Source: Polyangiaceae bacterium
GTDB lineage: Bacteria; Myxococcota_A; Polyangia; Polyangiales; Polyangiaceae
DNA: 64,000 nucleotides
Reading direction: 5' to 3'
NCBI GenBank assembly: GCA_033763455.1
Contig: JANRKO010000023.1
Coordinates: 1-64,000, forward strand
The position numbers and the translations under genes are program-made. The notes below the pieces were generated by a model. That model was given only the letters and a program-made list of their open reading frames with translations. It was not told where the DNA came from and did no database searches. Every line of letters starts with the position of its first letter. Position 1 is the first letter of the stretch. Below are positions 49,361 through 59,794 of the stretch, one piece after another.

Positions 49361-49388
49361 GATGACTAACTCCTTCTAACTCAATGGA

Positions 49389-49414
49389 TACGACCGAAGC
49401 GGCGCGGCGGATCA
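49389..49414 (-). promoter_or_regulatory. Putative ECF-sigma promoter TGATCC-N16-CGTA
   Basis: Minus strand TGATCC gccgcgccgcttcggt CGTA, 29 bp upstream of the precursor ATG. Confidence 0.6.
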
Positions 49415-49493
49415 GACTTTCTGGAAAGCCAACCACATCCGGGCAAGCGCATAAGGGTACGCCCATTCGCCACCAGAGTTACAGCCCCGAGCC

Positions 49494-51371
49494 TCAGCCA
49501 GGCCAGAGCGCTTCGCGCAGGCCCGAAACACGCCGAACTGGCCGCTCGACTGCCGCACGGAGACTGGCCCCGGCTCCGACAATGGTGACGCGCTTTTTGG
49601 CGCGGGTGACGCCCGTGTAAAGCAGCTCTCGGGTGAGCAAGGGAGAGGTGGCTTCCGGCAACACAAGAACCACGTGGTCAAACTCTGAGCCCTGACTCTT
49701 GTGAATGCTCATGGCGAACACCGTTTCGTGCGCCGGAAGCCGGCTGGGTGCCAGATCGCGCACCTTGCTGTCTTGCGCCAAAAAGTGCGCGCGGGGTGTA
49801 CCCCTCGCTGCCGTGGGCAGGACCACTCCGATATCTCCATTGAACAGCCCCACTTGGTAATCGTTGCGTGTGATGAGAATGGGCTGGTGAGCGTACCAGC
49901 GCCCGCTTCTCTGAATCATGCCTGCATGGCGAAGAATATCTTCGATGATGGGGCCAAGCGTGAGCACGCCGTAGGGGCCGCGCCGGTGAGCGCACAGCAC
50001 TCGGAATTCTTCGAGTGCCGAAAGCGCCGCGAGCGGCTCGGTGGCTTTGCAGAACGGCCGGTAACCGTCACGCACCGGCTTGGCGAGAGCTTTGGCGAGC
50101 CGTGCTGGGTCTGAAAGATCCACCCAAGAAACATCGGAGAACTCCTCAGCTTCCAGCACTTCGAGCGCACCCCCCACATTGCCCTCGCGGATGGCCGACG
50201 CCAAGTTCCCGATCCCGCTTTGCCCTTGAAACCGGTAGCTGCGTGTAAGCTCCACCACTGAATCGGACATGGGGGAGGCGCTACCCACACCTTTGGGCAA
50301 CTCACCCACAAACGGCAACAGTATATCGCGAAGGCCTGCCGAGTAGTTCAAGCTTCCCGCCCCGGCCGAGATGTCCCCCAGCACGGCACCTGCCTCTACG
50401 GAAGCCAATTGGTGGCGATCTCCCATCAATACAAGCCGCGCATTCAGCGGTACGGCCTCCACCAAGCGACGCATCAAAGCCACGTCCACCATGGAAGCTT
50501 CGTCGACCACCACCGCGTCTACGGGGAGTGGATTCTCTCGATTGTAGCGAAAATCCGTGGAGCTCCCACCGATGCTTCCTAAGGCTCGATGGATGGTGGA
50601 AGCATCCTCCGGGATGAGAGCTTGGATGTCTGCGTCTACCGGAAGGGCGGCTTTGGCTCGCTGTACTGATCCCACCAGCCGTGCGGCCGCTTTGCCGGTG
50701 GGGGCGAGCAATTTCACCGCAAACTGGGCGTTATTCTGGCGCCGCGCTTGCTCGGCCCACAGCGCCAACACCTTCACCACTGTTGCCGTTTTGCCGGTGC
50801 CGGGGCCACCCGTGATCACTAAGAGCGGCTGAAGGCTTGCGAGCACGGCCGCCAACCGTTGCCTATCGAGCTCCGCGCCTATCGGACCAAACAAACGATC
50901 GACCTGGGCGCGTTCGAGCACTCCGTGGTTCGTTGTACCGCGCGAGGCCACCCGTGCTTGGAGCATTTCCGCCAGACGCTGTTCGTGTTCAAAATAACGC
51001 CTCAAATAGAGCCGTGTACCTTGCAGCACGAAAGGCGTCCGGGCCGCGGCATCTCCGACGAGCGGCGAAGAGTTAAGAGCCGAGTGCCACACTTCCGAAG
51101 TGGGCCACCGAAAGGCTTTGGCCCAGAGATCAAGACTGGCCCAACGGGCATCCGCTAAGCTCTGCCCCTCGGGATCGAAGATGGGCGTGCCGGCAAACTC
51201 AGTAAGATCCAAACAGACGTGGCCCTCGCGTGTTTGGCGGCTCGCCAGGGCCAGGGCCAACAAAACGGGCTCGGTCACGCCATCCACGAGCTTGGCCAAC
51301 GCTTTGGCGCAATGAAGATCTAGCGAAGAAAAATATCCGCTTCTGGCGAGCTGCTCCAACACCTGGCTCAT
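49494..51371 (-). CDS. recD: Exodeoxyribonuclease V alpha subunit
   Basis: GGPGTGKT, APTGKAA, VDEASMVD, GD..QL..V, NGDIG, SIHKSQGSEF, YTGVTRA. Confidence 0.95.
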   Translation of the reverse strand: MSQVLEQLARSGYFSSLDLHCAKALAKLVDGVTEPVLLALALASRQTREGHVCLDLTEFAGTPIFDPEGQSLADARWASLDLWAKAFRWPTSEVWHSALNSSPLVGDAAARTPFVLQGTRLYLRRYFEHEQRLAEMLQARVASRGTTNHGVLERAQVDRLFGPIGAELDRQRLAAVLASLQPLLVITGGPGTGKTATVVKVLALWAEQARRQNNAQFAVKLLAPTGKAAARLVGSVQRAKAALPVDADIQALIPEDASTIHRALGSIGGSSTDFRYNRENPLPVDAVVVDEASMVDVALMRRLVEAVPLNARLVLMGDRHQLASVEAGAVLGDISAGAGSLNYSAGLRDILLPFVGELPKGVGSASPMSDSVVELTRSYRFQGQSGIGNLASAIREGNVGGALEVLEAEEFSDVSWVDLSDPARLAKALAKPVRDGYRPFCKATEPLAALSALEEFRVLCAHRRGPYGVLTLGPIIEDILRHAGMIQRSGRWYAHQPILITRNDYQVGLFNGDIGVVLPTAARGTPRAHFLAQDSKVRDLAPSRLPAHETVFAMSIHKSQGSEFDHVVLVLPEATSPLLTRELLYTGVTRAKKRVTIVGAGASLRAAVERPVRRVSGLREALWPG

Positions 51372-54300
51372 GGCTGCACCTGAATTGGCGCAGATGAAAC
51401 TTGCCCAAAGAGATCGTCTAAAGCGCTGACCAGCCGCTCCTCGGGGCGATCGAAGAATACGCCCGTCTTGTTGGCATTGATTGGGCTCATGCCGCGCAAG
51501 AACAAGTAGAACACGCCCCCGAAGTGACGCTCATAGCTATAGCCCCGTAGCTTCTGCCGGAGGTAACGATGCAGCGCCAAGGTGTAGAGGTGGTACTGCA
51601 AGTAGTAGTGGTGATCGGCCATTGCCCCCTTGAGCTCATCGGCGGAATAATCTCGATAACGCGGCCCGAGGTAATTGGACTTGTAATCCGCCACATAGAA
51701 CAAGCCTTCGTGTTCGAACACCAAATCGATAAAGCCCCGCAAGAAGCCTTCGAGCGGCACGAAGTTCAAACGCCCAAGCTCACTCGGGTAATGTTTAGGG
51801 ATGGGAGCATTTTTGCCAGCGCCCAGCTCCAAGACGCTTGCTAGATCACGTGGGGTGAGGCGCCGCTGCCCTTCAGCGTGAACTGGCAACGTAAACTCCA
51901 ATTCGTTCAGGCGCTTCTTTTGGTCAAGCTTTGCCAGCGTAAGTGTATTGGGTGAATCCAGTAGCGGCGTTTGCAGTACTTCAGATAGCCCGCGCCCCAA
52001 AGCCGGCCCCAAGGCGACGGTGGAAAGCCCCGTGAGCTCAAGAAAGGGGGCGGCTACGGCTTGGATCTTGTCTGGGGCAACCTCAGAAAAATCGAGATTC
52101 TCCAGCACCGAATGGAGCAATGTTCCGGGTCGAGCCCCACGGGGAAACTGCTCCAGCGTTACCAAACCACCGGTACCGCTCGCCGAAACGACTGCCGAGG
52201 GCGCCTCACCCTCGTCGTCCCAATCCCGCCCCAGCTCGACCGTAGGCGCCAGGCGCACCGACGCACCCTTCGTGAGCCCCGAGAAGCTGGAGCTCCGAAA
52301 ATGGGAAGCCAACACTCGCGACAACTTTAGAGCCTCACCCGTTTGGCGTGGTGCTTCAAAAGAAACGTAGGGCTCGGCGGGCCCAGGATGTAACTCGGCA
52401 ACGGCAACGCTTCCCCCCGAACGGACACACAGCGCGTTCAACTCTTGCAGCATCTCCTGATCGGTCAAACCTTTGAGCCGAGCCGCCACCGTATCAGGTG
52501 TTGCCAAGAAATCCCCGCGCTGCGAATGCAGAATGTAGCCCAACGCGGAATAACGGAAATCAGTACCCACGGCTCCCCACGCCACGACCACACGGTGCTT
52601 GGCACGAGTGAGCGCCACGTACAGGAGCCTCAAATTCTCAGCTAACTTTTCGCGCTCAGCGAGGGCTTTAACCTCTTCTTTTTCGTCGGTGGCCCGCACG
52701 TCCAGCTTCACTTCTTCTACATTTTCCGGCTCATGATAGATGAGCTGTTGTTCTTCGGTGGCAAACAGGAGCGTGCCGTCCCAAAGATAGGGGCAATAGA
52801 CAATCGGGTATTCGAGCCCTTTGCTCCGATGCACCGTGGTGAGCTGAACTGCCAAAGCGTCGCTTTCAAGCCGAATTTGCTGCGCTTCAGGCGCGATCCC
52901 GTCGCGCGATCCGCGATCGTGGCGCATCTCATCGAACCACTGGAGCACGCCACTCACCCCCAGGTGTTGCGAGCACGCCTGACTATGCAGAAGCTCCCCA
53001 AGGTGCAAAAGATTAGTAAGCCGGCGTTCACCGTCTATCCACGCCAGGATCCGCTCGTGCGCCCGGCACTCGGTGAGAACCTGGCGCAGCATTTGAAACA
53101 CACCTCGCCGTTGCCATGTTTCGTTCCAGCGGTGAAAATCTTCCACCCAGCGTTCCCACCCGGCCTCATCTTGCTCAAGGGCAAAAAGGTCGTCGGCGGT
53201 CTGTCCGAAGAGTGTGGTTGCGAGAGCCACTCTAACCGCACGCTGGCTGTTTGGCTCCGCTACCGCACGCAGCACAAACCCGAGCTCCCGCGCCTCAGGT
53301 GCATCAAACACCGAAGTATCGCCGTGCAGTACGCTCGCCACGCCGAGCGCCCGAAGCTCGGCTTGCACCAATAGCGCCTGACGGTTGGTGCGCGTCAAAA
53401 CCGCGATATCCCCTGGCCGAACTCCGCGCTCCCCAATCTTGGCTCCGCTCTTTAGGCTCGCAGAAATCTCCCGGGCCACGAGCGCCGGAAGCGTTGTTTC
53501 GCTCCAGTGTTTTGAAAGCGCTTGGCCCGGCTTAGCACTCCGCGGATTGAGCACATTTCGCCCCAGAAACTGCAATTCCACCGGTGGCAAGCGCTGCCCA
53601 TTGAGAGTGAGCTTATCCGTAGCACCCGGCCGAGCCGCGACGTGAACGTAACGAATATCTTCAAAGATGAAGGGGTTCTGCACCCCTTCAAACACGGTGT
53701 TCACGGCCTCAACCAGGCTTGGGTCGCTGCGGAAGTTCGTGGCCAACGTGTAGGTGTTGGGCTCCGCATCGCGTGCGGCCTTGAGGTACGCAAAAATGTC
53801 GGCACCACGGAACGCGTAGATGGCCTGCTTTGGGTCTCCAATGAGAAAAAGCGTGCTCTTTGGTCTCTCCTTCGGTTCCCCTGGGGTGTTGGAATAGATG
53901 CGCCGGAAGATCGCGTATTGGGTTGGATCGGTATCCTGAAATTCGTCGATGAGTGCCGCCGGATAACGCTCTTCAATTGAACGCGCCAAGGCAACGCCAG
54001 CATCGCTGGTGACAGCCGCGTGCAGCTGATTCAGAAGATCGTCGAACGATTGAACCCCTGCAAGCTCTTTGCGCTTTGGGAATTCGCTTCGAACGTATTC
54101 GACCAGCTTGGCAACACAGCGGCGGCGCCACTCTTCGAGGGATTGGGCAGCGATCTTGTACGCATCCACTAGCTCTTGAATTGCTCCAAAAGCCGGATTT
54201 TGTGGGGTGATCTTATTCTTGTTGGTCTTCTCTGCGAGAACTCTCGACCCAAAGTTTTCGACTTTGTCGAACCAGCCGTGGAGCGTCACTCGTGTTTCTT

Positions 54301-55093
54301 TGGCTAAGCCGTCTAGCTGTTCGAGCCAAGAACCAATCGAATCTAGTTTATACGTAGTGCGAGAGAGCGCCGTGGTGGTCAAAAGGAGCTGCTCGACCCT
54401 ATCCCGTTCCTGAGCCCACACCTCGGCAAAGCGAGCCCGCGCTGCCACAAACGCCGAGAGGGCATCCGGCGTGCCTCTGCCACTTGGCGCAGGAACCACT
54501 TGGATGTTCGGGAAGCCAGCCACCGTGCGAGCCAACTGGATCAAGTCGAGCAGATCTGTATGACTCTGCTTGAGATATTGGACCTCAGCTTCGCTCGCTT
54601 CGAACAGCTCTCGCGTCCAGAAATCCTGCACCAGCTCCGTAAGCAATGGCCGCACGTCAGCGGAAAGCTTAAGATCAAAACGGAGACCGCTTTCAAACGC
54701 GTATTCTCCGAGCACTCGCTGGCAGAAGCCGTGGATCGTAAACACCTGGGCCGCATCGAGAGTGGCGAGCGCTAACCGAAGGCGCCGCGTGGCATCTTCA
54801 CGTGGAATATCCGCCGCAATTTGCAAGATTTCCGGATCTTCCGCCGATTGCGCGGACTCATCCGCACTCAAGACGTCAAACGCCGAACGCAGGCGTTTGC
54901 GGATCCGTGCACGCAGTTCAAAGGTGGCCGCTTCAGTGAACGTTACTACCAATATCTGTTCAACGGAAAGCTTCCGCTCCAGCAAGAGGCGGAGATAAAG
55001 CGTGGTGATGGTGTGGGTCTTCCCTGTTCCGGCGCTCGCTTCAATGAGCTCTGTCCCAAAGAGGGGCACCTGCAGGGGGTCCAGGACCTTCAT
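51368..55093 (-). CDS. recB: Exodeoxyribonuclease V beta subunit
   Basis: EASAGTGKT, DEFQDTD, GDPKQAIY.FRGAD, KGLEY, YVALTRA; nuclease GFIDL...DYKSN...Q...Y. Confidence 0.96.
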   Translation of the reverse strand: MKVLDPLQVPLFGTELIEASAGTGKTHTITTLYLRLLLERKLSVEQILVVTFTEAATFELRARIRKRLRSAFDVLSADESAQSAEDPEILQIAADIPREDATRRLRLALATLDAAQVFTIHGFCQRVLGEYAFESGLRFDLKLSADVRPLLTELVQDFWTRELFEASEAEVQYLKQSHTDLLDLIQLARTVAGFPNIQVVPAPSGRGTPDALSAFVAARARFAEVWAQERDRVEQLLLTTTALSRTTYKLDSIGSWLEQLDGLAKETRVTLHGWFDKVENFGSRVLAEKTNKNKITPQNPAFGAIQELVDAYKIAAQSLEEWRRRCVAKLVEYVRSEFPKRKELAGVQSFDDLLNQLHAAVTSDAGVALARSIEERYPAALIDEFQDTDPTQYAIFRRIYSNTPGEPKERPKSTLFLIGDPKQAIYAFRGADIFAYLKAARDAEPNTYTLATNFRSDPSLVEAVNTVFEGVQNPFIFEDIRYVHVAARPGATDKLTLNGQRLPPVELQFLGRNVLNPRSAKPGQALSKHWSETTLPALVAREISASLKSGAKIGERGVRPGDIAVLTRTNRQALLVQAELRALGVASVLHGDTSVFDAPEARELGFVLRAVAEPNSQRAVRVALATTLFGQTADDLFALEQDEAGWERWVEDFHRWNETWQRRGVFQMLRQVLTECRAHERILAWIDGERRLTNLLHLGELLHSQACSQHLGVSGVLQWFDEMRHDRGSRDGIAPEAQQIRLESDALAVQLTTVHRSKGLEYPIVYCPYLWDGTLLFATEEQQLIYHEPENVEEVKLDVRATDEKEEVKALAEREKLAENLRLLYVALTRAKHRVVVAWGAVGTDFRYSALGYILHSQRGDFLATPDTVAARLKGLTDQEMLQELNALCVRSGGSVAVAELHPGPAEPYVSFEAPRQTGEALKLSRVLASHFRSSSFSGLTKGASVRLAPTVELGRDWDDEGEAPSAVVSASGTGGLVTLEQFPRGARPGTLLHSVLENLDFSEVAPDKIQAVAAPFLELTGLSTVALGPALGRGLSEVLQTPLLDSPNTLTLAKLDQKKRLNELEFTLPVHAEGQRRLTPRDLASVLELGAGKNAPIPKHYPSELGRLNFVPLEGFLRGFIDLVFEHEGLFYVADYKSNYLGPRYRDYSADELKGAMADHHYYLQYHLYTLALHRYLRQKLRGYSYERHFGGVFYLFLRGMSPINANKTGVFFDRPEERLVSALDDLFGQVSSAPIQVQP

Positions 55094-58000
55094 GAGTTGT
55101 CACCTTCCAGATGCTCCAAGAGGGGCTCAAAGATGCGGGTGCTCAAGTCAACGAACCCCGGAGCGTGAGCGAGAGCTAGCACTGGTGTGAGCTCTTCTGA
55201 AATCGGCTCGACCGCAGAGAAGCAACAATTCACATAGAGGTTGTCACGCTCCGCGGCTCCCCGATCCGCGCGATCTACGCCGAACCCTTTGCCGCTAAAA
55301 ACATCGCGGGCCGCATCCAGCGCTAAAGAAGCCGCGTGTTCCTGACCGGCCCTCTTATGGTACGTCGTTACGTACGCCTTCGACGCGTCGGGAAAGAACG
55401 GCAGCGGCACCTGCTGCCCGAGCCGATACAAGCTCACCAAATCCTCAAGAACTGCCCGGGCTCTTTCAGGCCTAACTGGCCGAAAAACGCACACTTTTGG
55501 CATATTGGACTTCGCATCGCCCCGGCCAATCAAGACACTCTGCCGCGGCAGCTTGCCCGCCTCTGCGCACTGGAGCGCCAGGTGCCAAATCCAAACTCCC
55601 AACTCACGCTTTGCTTTCACGCGCCCAAACTGCCGCCTCACCTGTGCCTTCGGCCAAAGATTAGTAAAGGCCCCGTCGAGCTCACACCCTGAAAGTGCTA
55701 GCGAGAATCGCTGTGGTTCCAGGCGCTCGCCAGAAAGCCAGGGTAACGCTGCCCGAGCCAGTTGCTCCGCTTCGTCGGCGACACGTTGATACACGCAGCG
55801 CCCGGGAGTACCGAGCGGCAGAGTTCCCATTGCGCGAGCAAGCAAGAGCGAATCTTCCAAGCTTGCGCCCCCTAAAAGGCGTTCCAAAAGATCAGCACCG
55901 ATGCCCCAACGGTCGAGTGCGCTTGGATCGATCGGTTCGCGATCAGCGACTAACTCTGGCTCATCTCTCAGCGACAAACTCAAGCGGCCCGTCAGAAACG
56001 CACGCGCCGGCAACTCAAAAAATGAGGCCAACTTCTCCACCGAAAGCCTCGCCTCAAAGACTTCGGGCAATGGCCGCACCTGAAATAGGGGACGATCCGC
56101 CCTGCTGCCTGCCAGAGCCCTGGCACCTTTGGCTTCAGGCTCGGCGTAGCTGAACCAGCGCGCATCCCGACCGTGTTCGAAATACCGGGGGCTAAACGCT
56201 TGTAACGGATGCTCCAGGAGAAATTGCTCACTCACCGGCGTGGCCTTCTGCGGTCGCTCGGCGCCGTTTTGGGGTGCCTGCTGAGAAACACAGAAGCTCT
56301 CGTTGAGCGTGTCGAGGAGCTCGCCCACCACCACCGACGGTGGGCGCTCTTTGTTGTCATGCGGATCTCGCCCCACGTAGGTGATGATCAACGCATCTCG
56401 CGCAGCCAACACGGCTTCCAAGAACAAGTAGCGATCTTCATCGCTGAGCGAGCGATCTCCGAGGCGTGGCTTTTGCGCAATCTTATCGAACGCGAGCTTG
56501 GGCGTTGACCGAGGAAAGCCTCCATCGTTCATGCCCAAAAGGCCCACCACGCGAAAAGGGATGCTGCGCATGGGCAAGAGCGCGCAAAAAGTGACCCCAC
56601 CGGTCATGAAATCGTGATGGGTGCGCTCATCTTCGAACGAGCGACGAAGCACCAACTCCATCGTTCTGAGATCTAGCTGCTCTGAAAACCGAGCTTTTTC
56701 GGCCAAGTTCACCAACTTGCCGATCGTTTCGCGCACGAAAACGAAATCCGCTTCCAGGGCCGCCTCACCCCCCAGCACTTCATCCAACAGTCGCCCGAAC
56801 GCTACCTGCCATTGGCGAGCCGTTTTGGGGCGTTGAAAGTTAGACCGAAACTCAAAGAGCTTTTGACAGAAATTCGCCAGCTGCCCAAGGACGACTGCAC
56901 CTGAACCTTCGACGCCATCCACGGGCAAGACGCCCTCAAAGAGGGAGTTAGCCTGAACGGGCATTGCCCAGCCCAAAAGCAGGCGCAAAAGCCCCAATTC
57001 CCACGTATTTTCTGGCACCTCGGGCTGCAAGAGCTCGCCCCTGTGCGCTTCATTTTCGCCCCAGCGGATACCGGAACGGAACACCCAGTGCCGGATCTGA
57101 CTGAGATCTGCACCCGAGAGGCTGAGCCTGGATTGCACCAATGGCAACCCTAACAAATCCAACACCTCACTGGCCTTCAGCCGGCCGCTCAAGAGACTGA
57201 CCACCGCTACAAAGGCTTCGGCGGCTGCGCTCGAAGCTCGAAGGCTGCGATCGGCGATGCGATACGGAATATGCCCGAGCGAGCCGGGCTCACGATCGAA
57301 TACAGCATCCAGAATGGGCGCATAAGCCTCAACATCCGGCATCATCACGATGACGTCGTGTGGCAAAAGCGTTGGGTCAGCTTCGAACCGTGCGAGCAGC
57401 TGATCCCGAAGGACTTCTACTTCACGAATCGGGCCGTGGCAGGCGTGCACCGTAATGCTGGTGTCTTTCGGATCGACGGGCGCTGGAGCAGCTTGATCGC
57501 TTCTGGGCGCTCGATGCACCAGATGCAGAATATCGTGCTGCAAGAGGCCGAGCGCGGTATCCTTACGCGGCTCCACGTAGAGATCGCTTCCGCTCTCCAC
57601 GTAGTCCACTCGGCTCTCCAACACCTGCTGAAAATCTCGACCCAAACGCCCCAACGACGCGAGGAGCGGATTTTCCAGGGTGAAGTGCTGCGCCTGCCAA
57701 TCCGCTTCAGATGGCTGCAGCCTCGCTAACTCCTTGGGCGAACGAACATGCCCCAAATATTCACGCGATGGGCTCAACTGAAATAAATGCACCGGGCAAT
57801 GTTTGGATAAGCTCCGGAGCACATCCAGATAGATCGGAGGGAGCGAAGAGATGCCAAATACACTGATACGCTCCGGGAGCCCCGCGGGCGCCAGCCGCGC
57901 ACGCTCCATGGCTTGCACGAGCTCTTCAACGTGAGTTGGCGCAACCCCTTCCCCGTGCACCGCCAAAAGCTTCTGCCACAACTCCGCTTGCCAACCATCC

Positions 58001-58491
58001 TCTTCGCCTTTGGCGAAAGCGCGAATCAACTCGGGGCGATAAACCGCGTATTGGTCGAAGATCTGGGCGATTTTATCGGAGAGCTCGAGGCGCCGGGAGA
58101 GTGCGTGGTCTCCCTGGATATAGCGGGCAAGTTCTGAAAATTTCGGATTCTCCAAGAGCTCAGGCAAAATGGCCGCTATCGACCAAGCGAGCGCCGGGCG
58201 ACTGAAGGGCTCCGCGACTCGACCCTCCGGACTCACTCCGGCCTGGCTGTTGACGCTGGGGACGAAAAGGCCGGAAAGCTGCGCCACGCAGGCCTTCGGG
58301 AATGGGAAAGCCACATTCGCCCAAACGCCAAGCTTCTGAGCCAGAAACATAGAGAGCCAACGCTCCATGCCTTTGCTTTGCACCAGGATCGTTTCCCGCT
58401 CAAAGGGCGTGCTCAACGGCTGACTCACTACCGCCAAGAGCGCTTCGGCGAGCACCTCCACCCGGTTACTGCGATGCACCGAAATGGGCAC
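55090..58491 (-). CDS. recC: Exodeoxyribonuclease V gamma subunit
   Basis: SNR.E.L, VQS.GM.RWL, NPLLASLG..GRDF, REVEVL.D, PMRSIPF, DRYLFLE, HPLQ.F. Confidence 0.95.
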   Translation of the reverse strand: MPISVHRSNRVEVLAEALLAVVSQPLSTPFERETILVQSKGMERWLSMFLAQKLGVWANVAFPFPKACVAQLSGLFVPSVNSQAGVSPEGRVAEPFSRPALAWSIAAILPELLENPKFSELARYIQGDHALSRRLELSDKIAQIFDQYAVYRPELIRAFAKGEEDGWQAELWQKLLAVHGEGVAPTHVEELVQAMERARLAPAGLPERISVFGISSLPPIYLDVLRSLSKHCPVHLFQLSPSREYLGHVRSPKELARLQPSEADWQAQHFTLENPLLASLGRLGRDFQQVLESRVDYVESGSDLYVEPRKDTALGLLQHDILHLVHRAPRSDQAAPAPVDPKDTSITVHACHGPIREVEVLRDQLLARFEADPTLLPHDVIVMMPDVEAYAPILDAVFDREPGSLGHIPYRIADRSLRASSAAAEAFVAVVSLLSGRLKASEVLDLLGLPLVQSRLSLSGADLSQIRHWVFRSGIRWGENEAHRGELLQPEVPENTWELGLLRLLLGWAMPVQANSLFEGVLPVDGVEGSGAVVLGQLANFCQKLFEFRSNFQRPKTARQWQVAFGRLLDEVLGGEAALEADFVFVRETIGKLVNLAEKARFSEQLDLRTMELVLRRSFEDERTHHDFMTGGVTFCALLPMRSIPFRVVGLLGMNDGGFPRSTPKLAFDKIAQKPRLGDRSLSDEDRYLFLEAVLAARDALIITYVGRDPHDNKERPPSVVVGELLDTLNESFCVSQQAPQNGAERPQKATPVSEQFLLEHPLQAFSPRYFEHGRDARWFSYAEPEAKGARALAGSRADRPLFQVRPLPEVFEARLSVEKLASFFELPARAFLTGRLSLSLRDEPELVADREPIDPSALDRWGIGADLLERLLGGASLEDSLLLARAMGTLPLGTPGRCVYQRVADEAEQLARAALPWLSGERLEPQRFSLALSGCELDGAFTNLWPKAQVRRQFGRVKAKRELGVWIWHLALQCAEAGKLPRQSVLIGRGDAKSNMPKVCVFRPVRPERARAVLEDLVSLYRLGQQVPLPFFPDASKAYVTTYHKRAGQEHAASLALDAARDVFSGKGFGVDRADRGAAERDNLYVNCCFSAVEPISEELTPVLALAHAPGFVDLSTRIFEPLLEHLEGDNS

Positions 58492-58612
58492 GGCACGGTG
58501 TTACGCCGAGCAATGATGTCAATCAAGGCTTGCGCGCCGGTGGCGTGACAGAAAAGGTCCGCCTCCGGGCACACCCTTCACCGTGCAACCCGTATCTTGC
58601 TAAAAGCGACGC

Positions 58613-59728
58613 ATGCTTCCCTCCCGCACGGAAACCTTGGCGGCCGAACTCCTGCACTACTTTGGCAGGAGCCTCATGCCCGGGGAGTCGGTGATTCCGG
58701 CCATCGCCCCCACCGCCGTGTTCCACTTGCCCGGTGACCCCGCTGACGCACCCTATCAGTACGGGCGTTTCAGCAATCCCACGTGGGAAGCGCTGGAAGG
58801 CGCGCTGGGGCTGCTTGAAGGCGCCGAGACACTGGTATTCCCCTCGGGCATGGCTGCGATTGCGGCTGTGCTTTTTTCGCACTTAGCAGCGGGAGACCGC
58901 GTGCTTATTCCCTCCGATGGCTACTACACAACGCGTGTATTGGGAGAAAAGTACCTCCAAGCGTTAGGCGTTAATATCGAGACGCGCCCTACGGCGCAAT
59001 TTCTAAACGGTGGATTCGAAGGCTTTCGCTTCGTGCTCCTGGAAACACCCTCGAACCCTGGGCTCGATGTGTGCGACCTTCGAAGCGCCGCAGCCCTCGC
59101 CAAGCAAGCCGGAGCACTGTTTGTGGTGGACAACACCACAATGACACCGCTTGGTCAGCGCCCACTTGAGCACGGAGCGGACGCGGTAGTATGTGCGGAT
59201 ACCAAGGCTATCAATGGCCATTCGGATGCACTTTTGGGGCACGTCGCATCGCGGGATCAGGCGCTGCTCACCAAAGTACGCGATTGGCGGCGGTACGCGG
59301 GCGCTATTGCGTCACCGTTTGAGGCTTGGCTCGTTTTCCGCGGGCTAGAAACCCTGGAATTGCGCTTTAGCCGCATGTGTTCAACAGCGGCGATAGTCGC
59401 AGAACGTTTGGCCGCTCACCCAGCAGTGCAAAGCGTGCGTTACCCCGGGCTTCGCTCCGATCCGTCGCATTCCATCGCCGCTTCACAAATGGCTACGTTT
59501 GGGTCAATGATTTCTCTTACCCTGCAGGACAGCGCAGCGGCAGAAGCCTTCATGGCAAACTGCCGCTACCTGCAACCATCAACCAGCTTTGGAGGAGTTC
59601 GCACTTGTGCTGAACGTCGCGCCCGCTGGGGAGATGCTGTGCCGGAAGGGTTTGTGAGGCTCTCGATCGGAGTGGAACCGATCGAAGCCTTGTGGGACGC
59701 GTTGGACGAGGCGCTGAGCCAGGCTTAA
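58613..59728 (+). CDS. Cystathionine gamma-lyase-like PLP-dependent trans-sulfuration enzyme
   Basis: YGR..NPT, FPSGMAAI, ETPSNP, VDNT, TK..NGHSD, SFGG, RLSIG.E. Confidence 0.9.
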   Translation: MLPSRTETLAAELLHYFGRSLMPGESVIPAIAPTAVFHLPGDPADAPYQYGRFSNPTWEALEGALGLLEGAETLVFPSGMAAIAAVLFSHLAAGDRVLIPSDGYYTTRVLGEKYLQALGVNIETRPTAQFLNGGFEGFRFVLLETPSNPGLDVCDLRSAAALAKQAGALFVVDNTTMTPLGQRPLEHGADAVVCADTKAINGHSDALLGHVASRDQALLTKVRDWRRYAGAIASPFEAWLVFRGLETLELRFSRMCSTAAIVAERLAAHPAVQSVRYPGLRSDPSHSIAASQMATFGSMISLTLQDSAAAEAFMANCRYLQPSTSFGGVRTCAERRARWGDAVPEGFVRLSIGVEPIEALWDALDEALSQA

Positions 59729-59794
59729 GCTGTCACTTGGCGAGCAGCAAGCGCTGTTTGCCTGTAAGTGCCTGAAACGTTGTGGCAACGTGCC

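Noticed and set aside
49494..58491. recCBD as a novel defence or helicase-nuclease system, or as part of the MNIO locus
   Set aside because: Canonical sizes, order and motifs of housekeeping RecBCD; a separate promoter motif lies between recD and the precursor
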